From: a bacterium
Lineage (GTDB): Bacteria > Hydrothermota > Tepidihabitantia > Tepidihabitantales > Tepidihabitantaceae
Direction of reading: 5' to 3'
DNA: 56,201 nt
NCBI GenBank assembly: GCA_046485285.1
Contig: JAWOHE010000002.1
Span: 1-56,201, forward strand
This document shows positions 18,289 through 26,636 of the stretch, piece after piece. Position 1 is the stretch's first letter; each line of letters opens with the position of its first letter. Both the position numbers and the translations under genes were made by a program. Below the pieces are notes generated by a model. That model saw only the letters and a program-made list of their open reading frames with translations. It ran no database searches and was not told the origin of the DNA.

Positions 18289-19679
18289 CGGCCGCCCCGC
18301 CCGGTCATCAGATAGAGCGTCCGCTCCGAGCCCTCGACCGGCGCGGACTCGTCAATCGCGAAGAACTCCCCGAACGCCCGCTCGAACCCCTCGCGGCTGT
18401 AGCCCGGGAAGATGTCCTCGCGCGTCGCCAGCAGGCGCCGGACCTGCGAGTCGCTCTTGGGCACGAACTCGATGACCAGCCGCCGGCACAGCCCGGCCAG
18501 GTACCCGGCGACCTTCCCGAGCGGCAGGTTGTTCGCGATTGCCAGGTGATGGATGAGCGCCAGCGCCAGCACCGTATCCGCCGGCCCGCGCCCGGCGAAC
18601 GACGTCCGCTCCTCGTTCGCCCAGCCCAGCCCCGGGCTCGGGTTGGTCAGGTCGAGCACCAGCGGCAGGATGTTCTCCTCGCCCGCCGCCCGGCAGTCGC
18701 GGTAGTTCTTCTCGACCGCCGCCGGGTCGATGTCGAAGGCCGCGGTCGGGATGCCGCGCCGCGCCGCGACCCGGCTGAACACGCCGGTATTCGCGCCCAG
18801 GTCCCAGACCGTCGCCGGCCGGCTCGCCTCGATGAACCGCTCGACCAGCCCGAGCTTCTTCTTGAACGCCTCGTCCGAGTAATTCGTCCCGTCGTAGTAC
18901 TCGGCCCACTCGGTCCCGGCCGGCCGCCAGTCGAGGCCGCGCGTCCCGGCCGCCAGGCTCCGCAGGATGCCGACCAGCGCGTTCCGGCCGAACCGGCCCG
19001 TGGCGACCCGCTCCTGCCGGTCGGCGTGGCGCCGCTGGGCGCCGGCGTGCATGTGGATGTGGGTCGCCAGCGCGAACGACATCTTCGTCGAGCCGGGCAG
19101 CAGCCGGCTCGCGAGGTCGAGCGGCACGCCGTCGATATAGATTCGCGAAAGCTGGCCGAGCCGGATGTCGCGCTTCGCCTCGAGCGCCAGCGGGGCGAGG
19201 AAATGCTGGCAGTACTGGCGGTAGGCCACCCAGGGCACGCCCTCGCGGTACTCCTCGAACGACAGCGTGTCGATGAAGACCGGCCGGCCGCGCACGAACT
19301 GGATGTTGTAGGCGCTCGCGTCCTTCAGGCTCATCCCGAACTCGAGCGCCCGCTCCTGGATCGCCAGCGTCGCGAGCGCCGCGTCCTTCAGCGCCGAGAA
19401 GCACCACTCGTACGGGTAGCTCACCAGCGGCACGGCCTCCGGCTTGAGGACCTTGCAGCACGACCCGGGCGCGGCCGGCTCGACGCCGACCTCCTCGTGC
19501 GGAATCAGCAGGCCGTCCTTCACCAGCGCCGCGTACAGGCCCGAGCCCATCAGCCGGTCGTACTCGGCCCGGTAGGACTCGTTGACCTGGCGATAGACCC
19601 CGCCGTCTCGGAAGAAGACGAACCCGCTCGGGTCGCGGAACGAGGCCGGGGAGACGCTACCTCGGCTCGGGCTTGTCAT
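18285..19679 (-). CDS. NoeA-like kinase-like/SAM-methyltransferase protein
   Basis: SFRDPSG, SYPYEW, LKDASAYN...FID, EWAEYY, DLGANTG, LALIHHL. Confidence 0.82.
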   Translation of the reverse strand: MTSPSRGSVSPASFRDPSGFVFFRDGGVYRQVNESYRAEYDRLMGSGLYAALVKDGLLIPHEEVGVEPAAPGSCCKVLKPEAVPLVSYPYEWCFSALKDAALATLAIQERALEFGMSLKDASAYNIQFVRGRPVFIDTLSFEEYREGVPWVAYRQYCQHFLAPLALEAKRDIRLGQLSRIYIDGVPLDLASRLLPGSTKMSFALATHIHMHAGAQRRHADRQERVATGRFGRNALVGILRSLAAGTRGLDWRPAGTEWAEYYDGTNYSDEAFKKKLGLVERFIEASRPATVWDLGANTGVFSRVAARRGIPTAAFDIDPAAVEKNYRDCRAAGEENILPLVLDLTNPSPGLGWANEERTSFAGRGPADTVLALALIHHLAIANNLPLGKVAGYLAGLCRRLVIEFVPKSDSQVRRLLATREDIFPGYSREGFERAFGEFFAIDESAPVEGSERTLYLMTGRGGR

Positions 19680-19890
19680 CCTTGCCGCCGCGGGCGAAGG
19701 CCCGCCGGAGCCAGGCGGCGAACCGCTTCCAGAAGACCCCGATCGCGACGAGCCCGCCCAGCACCGCGCCGACCAGCATCTGGACGATGAAACTCCCGGT
19801 GCCCGGGTCAAGATACGCCCGGGCCTGGCCGGGGAAAAGGAACAAGGTGCCGAACAGCACCACCAGCACGACCTTCGACTTATCGCTCAA
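19657..19890 (-). CDS. Small membrane protein with AYLDPGTGS motif
   Basis: Signal-like segment, AYLDPGTGS, TM helix, basic tail; overlaps the noeA-like start. Confidence 0.75.
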   Translation of the reverse strand: MSDKSKVVLVVLFGTLFLFPGQARAYLDPGTGSFIVQMLVGAVLGGLVAIGVFWKRFAAWLRRAFARGGKDDKPEPR

Positions 19891-20031
19891 AGTCAGCTCC
19901 TGACATGTTGACGGTCCGGTTCGGACAACCGGCCGCCAGATTCTAGGCCTCTTGCCCGGGGTGTCAATGCGCCTGCCGCTCGTCCCGCGCCATCCGCGCG
20001 GACAACACGACGCCAGCTCGCCCGGCTCAGG

Positions 20032-20094
20032 GTCATCTCGACCGAGCGTTTGCTCCCTCGCAGCTGCTCCTGCAGTGCGGAGTGGAGAAATCCC
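20032..20094 (+). repeat. REP-like interspersed element GTCATCTCGACCG...GTGGAGAAATCCC
   Basis: Same ends recur at 55814-55841; related core on the minus strand in the 26.3-kb repeat. Confidence 0.55.
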
Positions 20095-20340
20095 TCTCCG
20101 TCACCTCTGCCCCCGCCCTGACCGGGATGCCCCGTCCTCAACTCAGCGCCTTCGTGTTTCGTCCGCTTCCCGCATCGCCACGATCCTCACTCCTGTTAGA
20201 TGCCTCCGCGTCGGAAGACTGACGCCGAATCGTCACTCTGTGGGGCGCAAAACCCACCCGCGTCTCCCCAACTCAGACGATTGCGGGCTCTTGCGCCGCC
20301 CGCGCGAGTATCGTTCCCGAGGACACAACCGCCGGGGGGG

Positions 20341-20445
20341 TACTATCCGGGGGACATCCGGGCAACCGCTACCGGGGTGCCCATCCGGACGCCCGTCCTG
20401 AGCGCCATCCGGGCGCGTGTCCGGGGCACCAGCCGGTCCGCCCGG
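20341..20445. repeat. Degenerate ~12-bp periodic CCGG array
   Basis: CCGG/CCTG cores at 20347, 20358, 20372, 20385, 20397, 20409, 20421, 20433. Confidence 0.55.
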
Positions 20446-20481
20446 GAAGTGCAGTGCCCGGTGTGGCGCCCGGGCCGGGGG

Positions 20482-21552
20482 TCAGCGCCGGGCGACGTGC
20501 TTGAGGGCGACCGCGCCGCCGACGAAGGCGCCAATGTAGAAGCTGAAGAGCCGCCAGAGAACGACGAAGACGCCGAGCATGTGCTTCGGGCAGAGCATCG
20601 CGTAGAGCGCGGCCGCGCCGGCCTCGGCGACTCCGCCCGCGCCCGGGGTCGGGATGAAGAGCAGGACCGCGACCAGCAGGCTGTTGATGCCGAGCACGCG
20701 CAGGATGTCGTCGGCGTGGAGCACGCCGAGCCCGCCGAGGACCGCGGCGGTCATCCCGAAGTAGGCGAGGGCGTAGACGACGGTCAGCACCGCGGCGATG
20801 AGGAGATACCAGATGTTGCGGCCGCGGAAGAAAAGCTTGAGCCCGTCGGCGAAGTGCTCGAACTCGCCGAGGCTGCGGACGAGCAGGCGGCGGACCCGGC
20901 CCGGGCTCTGCCTGGCGGCGAGCCGGTCGCGCCAGCGGGCGACGACCCGGGGGAAGAAGAGCGTCATCACGACGAAGACGGTGCCGGCGGTGACGATGAC
21001 CGCGATGTAGGTCGCCAGCACCTTGAGCAGGACCGAGCTGATGCCGAGGTTGATGGCGATGAACGGCGCCGCGGCGAAGACCATCCCGTAGAAGAGGATG
21101 CCGCGGGCGAGGAGCATCGAGGAGGCCTTGCCCGGCGAGATGCCCCACTTGTTCATCGAGTAGAGCTGGAGCGGCAGGCCGCCGACCTGGAACGGCGTGA
21201 TCGCGGCCATGAAGTAGCCGACGAGGATGACCTCGGCCGAGCGGATGATGCCGACGCGGTGCTCGCCGGCGCGGGACAGCACCGCGAGCCGGGCGCCATC
21301 GACGCCGGTGGCGATGAACCAGAGCAGGCCGGTGAGCAGCAGCCACTGCGGCCTGAGCCGGGCGAGGCCGCTGAGCGTCTCGCGGCTGACGGTGAACCCG
21401 ACGACGGCGACCGCGGCGACAACGCCGATGGCGATGAAGATGCGGATGCCGCGCCGGATGTTCCGCGAGCGGAGCTGTTCGTGGACCTCCTCCTCGGTCG
21501 CGGGCCGGGTCTGGACCAGCGGCGGGAGACCCGGGTCGGGCGTCGCGCTCAT
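20482..21552 (-). CDS. Lysylphosphatidylglycerol synthase TM-domain (flippase-like) protein
   Basis: ITPFQVGGLP, PTPGAGGVAE, LWRLFSFY. Confidence 0.88.
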   Translation of the reverse strand: MSATPDPGLPPLVQTRPATEEEVHEQLRSRNIRRGIRIFIAIGVVAAVAVVGFTVSRETLSGLARLRPQWLLLTGLLWFIATGVDGARLAVLSRAGEHRVGIIRSAEVILVGYFMAAITPFQVGGLPLQLYSMNKWGISPGKASSMLLARGILFYGMVFAAAPFIAINLGISSVLLKVLATYIAVIVTAGTVFVVMTLFFPRVVARWRDRLAARQSPGRVRRLLVRSLGEFEHFADGLKLFFRGRNIWYLLIAAVLTVVYALAYFGMTAAVLGGLGVLHADDILRVLGINSLLVAVLLFIPTPGAGGVAEAGAAALYAMLCPKHMLGVFVVLWRLFSFYIGAFVGGAVALKHVARR

Positions 21553-21632
21553 AGACCGGTGATGTTAGGGAGCGCGGCGCGGGTGTCAATCCGCGGCTTG
21601 ACTCCGGGGCCGGGGCGGGTAGAACCTGAGAG

Positions 21633-22193
21633 GTGAGACGGCGCTTCCCGGCACTGCTGGTCCTGCTCGCGGCGGCCTGCGCGCCGCGCGTCGAGCCGGT
21701 GACGGTCGAGTTCGAAAGCCTGAGGCTCGAGGGCTTCGAGCGCGGCGTGGTCGAGCTCAAGGTCACGAACCCCAACCGGGTCGCGGTCGACCTCGAGGGC
21801 CTGCCCGCGCGTTGCGCGCAGGCGGGCCTACCCGCGCGTTGCGCGCAGGCGGGCCTACCCGCGCGTTGCGCGCAGGCGGGCCTGCGCTACTCGGCGGCGC
21901 TGGGCCGGGACACGGTCGCGCGCGGCGAGCGGGCCGAGCCGGTGCGGGTGCCGGCACGGGACACCGCCCGGGCGGAGTTCCCGCTGGAGCTGAGGCTCGA
22001 GCTGGACGGCATCTTCAGCCGGCTCGACGCGCTGCTCGACGACACGCTCCGGCTGGCGGTGGACGGCCGGTACACGGTGCGGGGGCTGTTCGGGCCGGCG
22101 CGCCGGCCGTTCCGCTACCGACACGACATCCCGCTCCGGCCCGAGGTCGACCGGCTGGTCGGGCGGTTCAAGGCGATTTTCGGGGGCGAGTAG
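21633..22193 (+). CDS. LEA_2 domain lipoprotein carrying a 27-aa repeat insertion
   Basis: Lipobox LAAAC; VTNPN motif; GLPARCAQA x3. Confidence 0.8.
   Translation: MRRRFPALLVLLAAACAPRVEPVTVEFESLRLEGFERGVVELKVTNPNRVAVDLEGLPARCAQAGLPARCAQAGLPARCAQAGLRYSAALGRDTVARGERAEPVRVPARDTARAEFPLELRLELDGIFSRLDALLDDTLRLAVDGRYTVRGLFGPARRPFRYRHDIPLRPEVDRLVGRFKAIFGGE
21800..21880. repeat. Three tandem copies of a 27-bp palindromic element
   Basis: CCT(G/A)CCCGCGCGTTGCGCGCAGGCGGG at 21800, 21827 and 21854. Confidence 0.95.
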
Positions 22194-22194
22194 C

Positions 22195-23427
22195 GTGAAG
22201 GTCGCTGTCTTCGGCGCGGGGATGATGGCGCGGGCGGCGGTCTTCGACCTCGTCCGCCAGCCGGACGTGACCGAGGTCCGCGTCGCCGACCGCGAACCGC
22301 GGGCGCTCGCCTCGCTCCGACGGTTCGTCGGCGGCCGGAAGCTCCGGCCGGTCGAGGCCGACGCGGCCGACCTCGAGGCGGCCGAGGAGTTCATCTGTGG
22401 GACCGACGTCGCGGTGTCGTGCGTCCCTTACCCGCTGAACTTCGGGCTCGCCGAGGCGGCGATCGCCTGCGGCGCGCATTTCTGCGACCTCGGCGGCAAC
22501 AACGACGCCGTCGCCGATGAGCTCGGGCTCGACCGGCGGGCGCGGCGCGCCGGCGTGACGCTCGTGCCCGACTGCGGGCTGGCGCCCGGGCTGGTCGGCG
22601 TCATCGCGGCCGACGCGGTCGGGCGGCTCGACCGCTGTGAATCGCTCCGGCTCCGGGTCGGCGGCCTGCCGCGCCGGCCAAAGCCGCCGTTCGGCTACGG
22701 CATCGTCTTCTCGGCGGAAGGGCTCGTCAACGAGTACGCCGAGCCCTGCCGGGTCCTGCGCCGGGGTCGGGCGCGGACCGTTCCGCCGCTCGCCGACCTC
22801 GAGACGCTCAGCTTCCCGCCGCTCGGCCGGCTCGAGGCGTTCAGCACCTCGGGCGGCGTCTCGACGCTGACCGAGACCCTGCGCGGGGTCGTCCGCGAGC
22901 TCGACTACAAGACCATCCGCTACCCGGGCCACTGCGCGAAGGTCCGGCCGCTGTTCGAGCTCGGGCTGGCGTCGACCGAGCCGGTCACCATCGGCCGGGC
23001 GAGCGTCGCGCCGCGCGAACTCCTCGTCCGCCGGCTCGAGGCCGCGCTCGGCTTCGAGCGCGACGACCTCGTCCTGCTCCGGGTCGACGCGGCCGGCACC
23101 CGGCGCGGCCGGCCGGCCCGGCTCCGCTACCGCCTCTTCGACCGGGCCGACCGCCGGACCGGGCTGACCGCGATGATGCGCTGTACTGGGTTCCCGGTCG
23201 CGCTCGCGGCCCTGACGCTCGGACGCGGGCTGGCCTTCCGGGCCGGCGCGCTGCCGGGCGAGCTCGCGTTCGAGCCCGGGCCGTACCTGGCCGGGCTCCG
23301 GGAGCGCGGGCTCCGGCTGACCGTCCGGCCCGGCCGGGGCCAGCCGCGGCCGCGCACGCAACCGCCGCGACGCCGTGGCGGCAACGCGCGCTCGAATGCG
23401 CCAGCCAACCGCCCCGGGAGAACCTGA
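22195..23427 (+). CDS. Saccharopine dehydrogenase / lysine 6-dehydrogenase family oxidoreductase
   Basis: VFGAGMM, DLGG, CGLAPG, VGGLP, YKTIRYPGH, AMMRCTGF. Confidence 0.88.
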   Translation: MKVAVFGAGMMARAAVFDLVRQPDVTEVRVADREPRALASLRRFVGGRKLRPVEADAADLEAAEEFICGTDVAVSCVPYPLNFGLAEAAIACGAHFCDLGGNNDAVADELGLDRRARRAGVTLVPDCGLAPGLVGVIAADAVGRLDRCESLRLRVGGLPRRPKPPFGYGIVFSAEGLVNEYAEPCRVLRRGRARTVPPLADLETLSFPPLGRLEAFSTSGGVSTLTETLRGVVRELDYKTIRYPGHCAKVRPLFELGLASTEPVTIGRASVAPRELLVRRLEAALGFERDDLVLLRVDAAGTRRGRPARLRYRLFDRADRRTGLTAMMRCTGFPVALAALTLGRGLAFRAGALPGELAFEPGPYLAGLRERGLRLTVRPGRGQPRPRTQPPRRRGGNARSNAPANRPGRT

Positions 23428-23435
23428 GACCGCGG

Positions 23436-23461
23436 CCCGCCTGCGCGCACGCGCGGGCAGG
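23436..23461. repeat. 26-bp variant of the palindromic element, intergenic between convergent genes
   Basis: CCCGCCTGCGCGCACGCGCGGGCAGG; one base shorter than the 35773 copy. Confidence 0.85.
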
Positions 23462-23488
23462 CCGCGTCCCATCCCTGCCCGGGTCCGT

Positions 23489-24151
23489 TCAGCGCCGGCG
23501 GCAGAGTGTCAGGCCGTCGGCGATCGGGACGAGGCTCAGGTCGATGCGCTCGTCGTCGCGGAGCGTGGCGTTGAAAACGCGGATGGCCGCCGTGTCCGGG
23601 TCGCTCGCCCCGGGGTCGATGACCCGGCCGCCCCAGAGGACGTTGTCGACGGCAATCAGCCCGCCGGGCCGGACCAGCTCGAGACAGCGCTCGAAGTAGG
23701 CCGCGTCGTTTTCCTTGTCGGCGTCGATGAACGCGAAGTCGAACCAGCCCGGGCCTCGTTCGGCGCGGAGCCGCTCGAGCGTCACGAGCGCCGGACCGAG
23801 GATGAGCTCGACCCGGTCCTCGACGCCGGCCTCCTTCCACCAGCGACGGGCGACCGCGGTCCACTTCTCGCTGCGGTCGCAGCAGACGACGCGGCCGTCG
23901 GGCGGCAGGGCGAGCGCCAGCGCGGTCGAGCTGTAGCCGGTGAAGGTGCCGATTTCCAGGACGCGTCGAGCGCCGATGAGCCGGAGCAGGAGCGCCATGA
24001 ACTGGCCCTGCTCGGGCGCGATCTGGCAGTCGGCCTCGGGCAGGACGAGGGTCTCGGCGCGGAGTCGGCGCAGCACGTCCGGCTCGCGCAGTGACACCTG
24101 GAGCAGGTACTCGTGGAGCGCGTCGGTCAGGTTCAGGGTCTTGAGCGACAC
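23489..24151 (-). CDS. Caffeoyl-CoA-type O-methyltransferase
   Basis: QIAPEQGQF, LEIGTFTGYS, FIDADK, DNVLWGG. Confidence 0.92.
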   Translation of the reverse strand: MSLKTLNLTDALHEYLLQVSLREPDVLRRLRAETLVLPEADCQIAPEQGQFMALLLRLIGARRVLEIGTFTGYSSTALALALPPDGRVVCCDRSEKWTAVARRWWKEAGVEDRVELILGPALVTLERLRAERGPGWFDFAFIDADKENDAAYFERCLELVRPGGLIAVDNVLWGGRVIDPGASDPDTAAIRVFNATLRDDERIDLSLVPIADGLTLCRRR

Positions 24152-24163
24152 CGCGACTCCCGG

Positions 24164-24928
24164 TCAGCCGCAGAGGACGGCGCCGCCGTTGACGTTGAGG
24201 ATCTCGCCGGTGACGAAGCTCGACAGGTCCGAGGCGAGGAAGAGCACCGCGCCGGCGAACTCCTCGGGCCGGCCGGCCCGGCCGAGTGGGATCGCGGCCC
24301 GGACCCGTCCGCCCGCCGCCGGGTCGGCGAGCGTGGCCCGGGTCATGTCGGTGTCGAACCAGCCCGGCGCGATGCAGTTGACGAGGATGCCGTCGCCGGC
24401 GAGTTCGGGCGCGAGCGACTTGGCCAGGCTCTGGACCGCGCCCTTGCTCGCCGCGTAGTGCGAGTGGCGCGCCTCGCCGCGCTGGCCCGCGGTCGAGCTG
24501 ACGAGGATGATGCGCCCGCCGCCCCGGGCCCGCATCATCGGCACCGCCGCCCGGCAGCAGCGGAACACGCCCCGGACGTTGGTGTCGAGCGTCTCCGCCA
24601 GTTCCGCCTCGCTCATCTCGGCGATGCCGGCTCCGCGCCAGATGCCGGCGTTGGCGACGAGGACGTCGAGCCCGCCCAGCCGGCGCCCGGCCTCCGCGAA
24701 CAGCTCGTCCACCTCCGCCGCGACCGCGACGTCGGCGCGGACCGCGAACGCCCGGCGGCCGAACTCCCGGCAGGCGTAGACGACCTCGCCGGCCGCGGCC
24801 GAGTCCTGCCGGTAGCCGACGATGACGTCACAGCCGGCCCGGGCCAGCGCCTGCGCCGCGGCGCGGCCGAGCCCGCGGCCCGCGCCGGTGACGAGCGCGA
24901 CCCGGCCTGACAGGTCAATCCCGACCAT
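24164..24928 (-). CDS. SDR family oxidoreductase (FabG-like)
   Basis: TGAGRGLG, NAG, YAASK, PGWFDT. Confidence 0.92.
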   Translation of the reverse strand: MVGIDLSGRVALVTGAGRGLGRAAAQALARAGCDVIVGYRQDSAAAGEVVYACREFGRRAFAVRADVAVAAEVDELFAEAGRRLGGLDVLVANAGIWRGAGIAEMSEAELAETLDTNVRGVFRCCRAAVPMMRARGGGRIILVSSTAGQRGEARHSHYAASKGAVQSLAKSLAPELAGDGILVNCIAPGWFDTDMTRATLADPAAGGRVRAAIPLGRAGRPEEFAGAVLFLASDLSSFVTGEILNVNGGAVLCG

Positions 24929-24967
24929 CCTGGCTCCCTTCTCCGCGACCGCGGATGCCGGTCATCC

Positions 24968-26140
24968 TCAGGTCTTGCAGTCCGAGGGCGGGGCGGTCAG
25001 CGCGGCCGGGTCCGCGGCGCGGGCGACGAACCGGTCGACCTCCGCCTCGGTGTTGTAGAAGTGCGGGGCAACCCGGAGCAGGTTCTCGCGCAGGGCGCAG
25101 ACGAACCCGCCCGCCTTGAGGAAGGCGTGGAGCGAGGCAGAGCAGGCGCCCGGCTTCCGGCAGGTGACGATGCCGCCGGAGCGCTCGGGCTCGGCCGGGG
25201 TGATGATTTCGAACCCGGCCGCCTCGAGGCCGGAGCGCAGGCGGGTGTCGAGCGCGCGGAGCCGCGCCTCGATCGCGGCGATGCCGAGCTGGTCCCAGAG
25301 CTCGAGGCTGGCGCCCAGCCCGCAGATGCCGAGATAGTTCTTGGTCCCGGCCTCGAACCGCGCCGCGCCGGGCTTGAGCGGCCGGGCCGAGAAGATGTCG
25401 TTGAAGTCGCGCCAGTCGGCGGAGAGCCAGCCGTGGTGGGTCGGCCGCAGGCCGGCAAGCGTCGCGGGCCGGACGTGCATCATCCCCGAGCCCTGGGGCG
25501 CGAGCAGCCACTTGGCGCCGTGGCCGACGACGAAGTCGGCGTCGACCGCGGTCCAGTCGCAGTCGACCGCGCCGATGCCCTGGATGGCGTCGATGACCGA
25601 GACGACCCCGCGCTCGCGGCAGAAGCGGGCGATGGCCCGGACGTCGAACCGGCGGCCGGTCAGGAAGTGGACCCACGACACCGCGACCATCCGCGTCCGC
25701 CGGTCGACCAGCGAGAAGACCGCCTCCGGCCCCTCGACCAGCGCGGCCGAGTTCGTGAACCGCTTCTCGACCTCCGGCAGGAGGAAGCGGAACGGCGCGG
25801 TCACCGTCGGGAAGTCGTCCTCCATCAGCACGACGTTGTCGCCGGCCCGCCAGTCGACCGCGCCGACGGCGATGAGCAGGCCGGCGGTGGTCGAGCCGGT
25901 GAAGGCGACCGAATCGGGCGGGACGTGGAGCAGGCGGGCGAGCCTGTCCCGGCAGGCGTCGGCCATCGCTTCGGCCTCGGCGTAGGGCACCTCGCCGTCG
26001 CGGGCCGCGCGCTCGACGAAGTCGGCGACGGCCTGGACGGTCGTTGCCGGCATCGGGCCGGTGCAGGCGTGGTTGAACCAGGTCCAGCGCTCGGTGACCG
26101 GGAAGAGCCGGCGCAGGCTGGTGATTCGCTGCTCGTCCAT
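24968..26140 (-). CDS. Class V PLP-dependent aminotransferase / cysteine desulfurase-like
   Basis: DAIQGIG, HGAKWLL, RFEAGT, RVAPHFYNT. Confidence 0.9.
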   Translation of the reverse strand: MDEQRITSLRRLFPVTERWTWFNHACTGPMPATTVQAVADFVERAARDGEVPYAEAEAMADACRDRLARLLHVPPDSVAFTGSTTAGLLIAVGAVDWRAGDNVVLMEDDFPTVTAPFRFLLPEVEKRFTNSAALVEGPEAVFSLVDRRTRMVAVSWVHFLTGRRFDVRAIARFCRERGVVSVIDAIQGIGAVDCDWTAVDADFVVGHGAKWLLAPQGSGMMHVRPATLAGLRPTHHGWLSADWRDFNDIFSARPLKPGAARFEAGTKNYLGICGLGASLELWDQLGIAAIEARLRALDTRLRSGLEAAGFEIITPAEPERSGGIVTCRKPGACSASLHAFLKAGGFVCALRENLLRVAPHFYNTEAEVDRFVARAADPAALTAPPSDCKT

Positions 26141-26251
26141 CGGGTCTGATTATCCGCCCCCCCGGGCCGTGTGCAAGCCGGGAGTCCGGAGACGAAGTCA
26201 ACGCGAAGGCTCAGCGGGAAAGCGGAACGAACGGGCTGGACAGGAACCTCC

Positions 26252-26462
26252 TCGCTCCGGCCTTGCGGCCGTCGGTCGGGATGACTGTGTCCCCTTAGTG
26301 CCTTGGTGTTGCTCCGGTTCGCTCCGGCCTTGCGGCCGTCGGTCGGGATAACTGTGTCCCTTTGTGCCTTGGTGTTGCTCCGGTTCGCTCCGGCCTTGCG
26401 GCCGTCGGTCGGGATGACTGTATCCCCTTAGTGCCTTGGTGTTGTTCCGGTTCGCTCCGGCC
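26252..26462. repeat. Three tandem 66-67-bp repeats plus a partial fourth
   Basis: Units start at 26252, 26319, 26385 and 26452; near-identical, no spacers. Confidence 0.95.
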
Positions 26463-26518
26463 GCGGCGCCGGGCCGCTGTCCGTTGACAACAACGTCCCC
26501 GCCGCTACTATCGCTTCC

Positions 26519-26635
26519 GTGTCCGGTCCCCTCGGCTGTCCCTGGCTGACCTTCTCCGCCGTCATCGCGGTCGCGGTCGCGGCGGTCGCGAGCATCGTCT
26601 GGGCGCTCGTCGTCCGCTTCGACGACGAGGACTGA
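26519..26635 (+). CDS. Small single-TM accessory subunit of the SSS transporter (38 aa), not in the ORF track
   Basis: MSGPLGCPWLTFSAVIAVAVAAVASIVWALVVRFDDED; promoter TTGACA-16-TACTAT 7 nt upstream; stop 1 nt before the symporter ATG. Confidence 0.7.
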   Translation: MSGPLGCPWLTFSAVIAVAVAAVASIVWALVVRFDDED

Positions 26636-26636
26636 G

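Noticed and set aside
20200-21775. Long ORFs 20200-21636 (+) and 20369-21775 (-), and similar long R/P/G-rich ORFs throughout
   Set aside because: Shadow frames of real genes in high-GC DNA with no protein-like composition.
26252-26462. CRISPR array (66-67-bp period)
   Set aside because: Whole units are near-identical, so there are no variable spacers.
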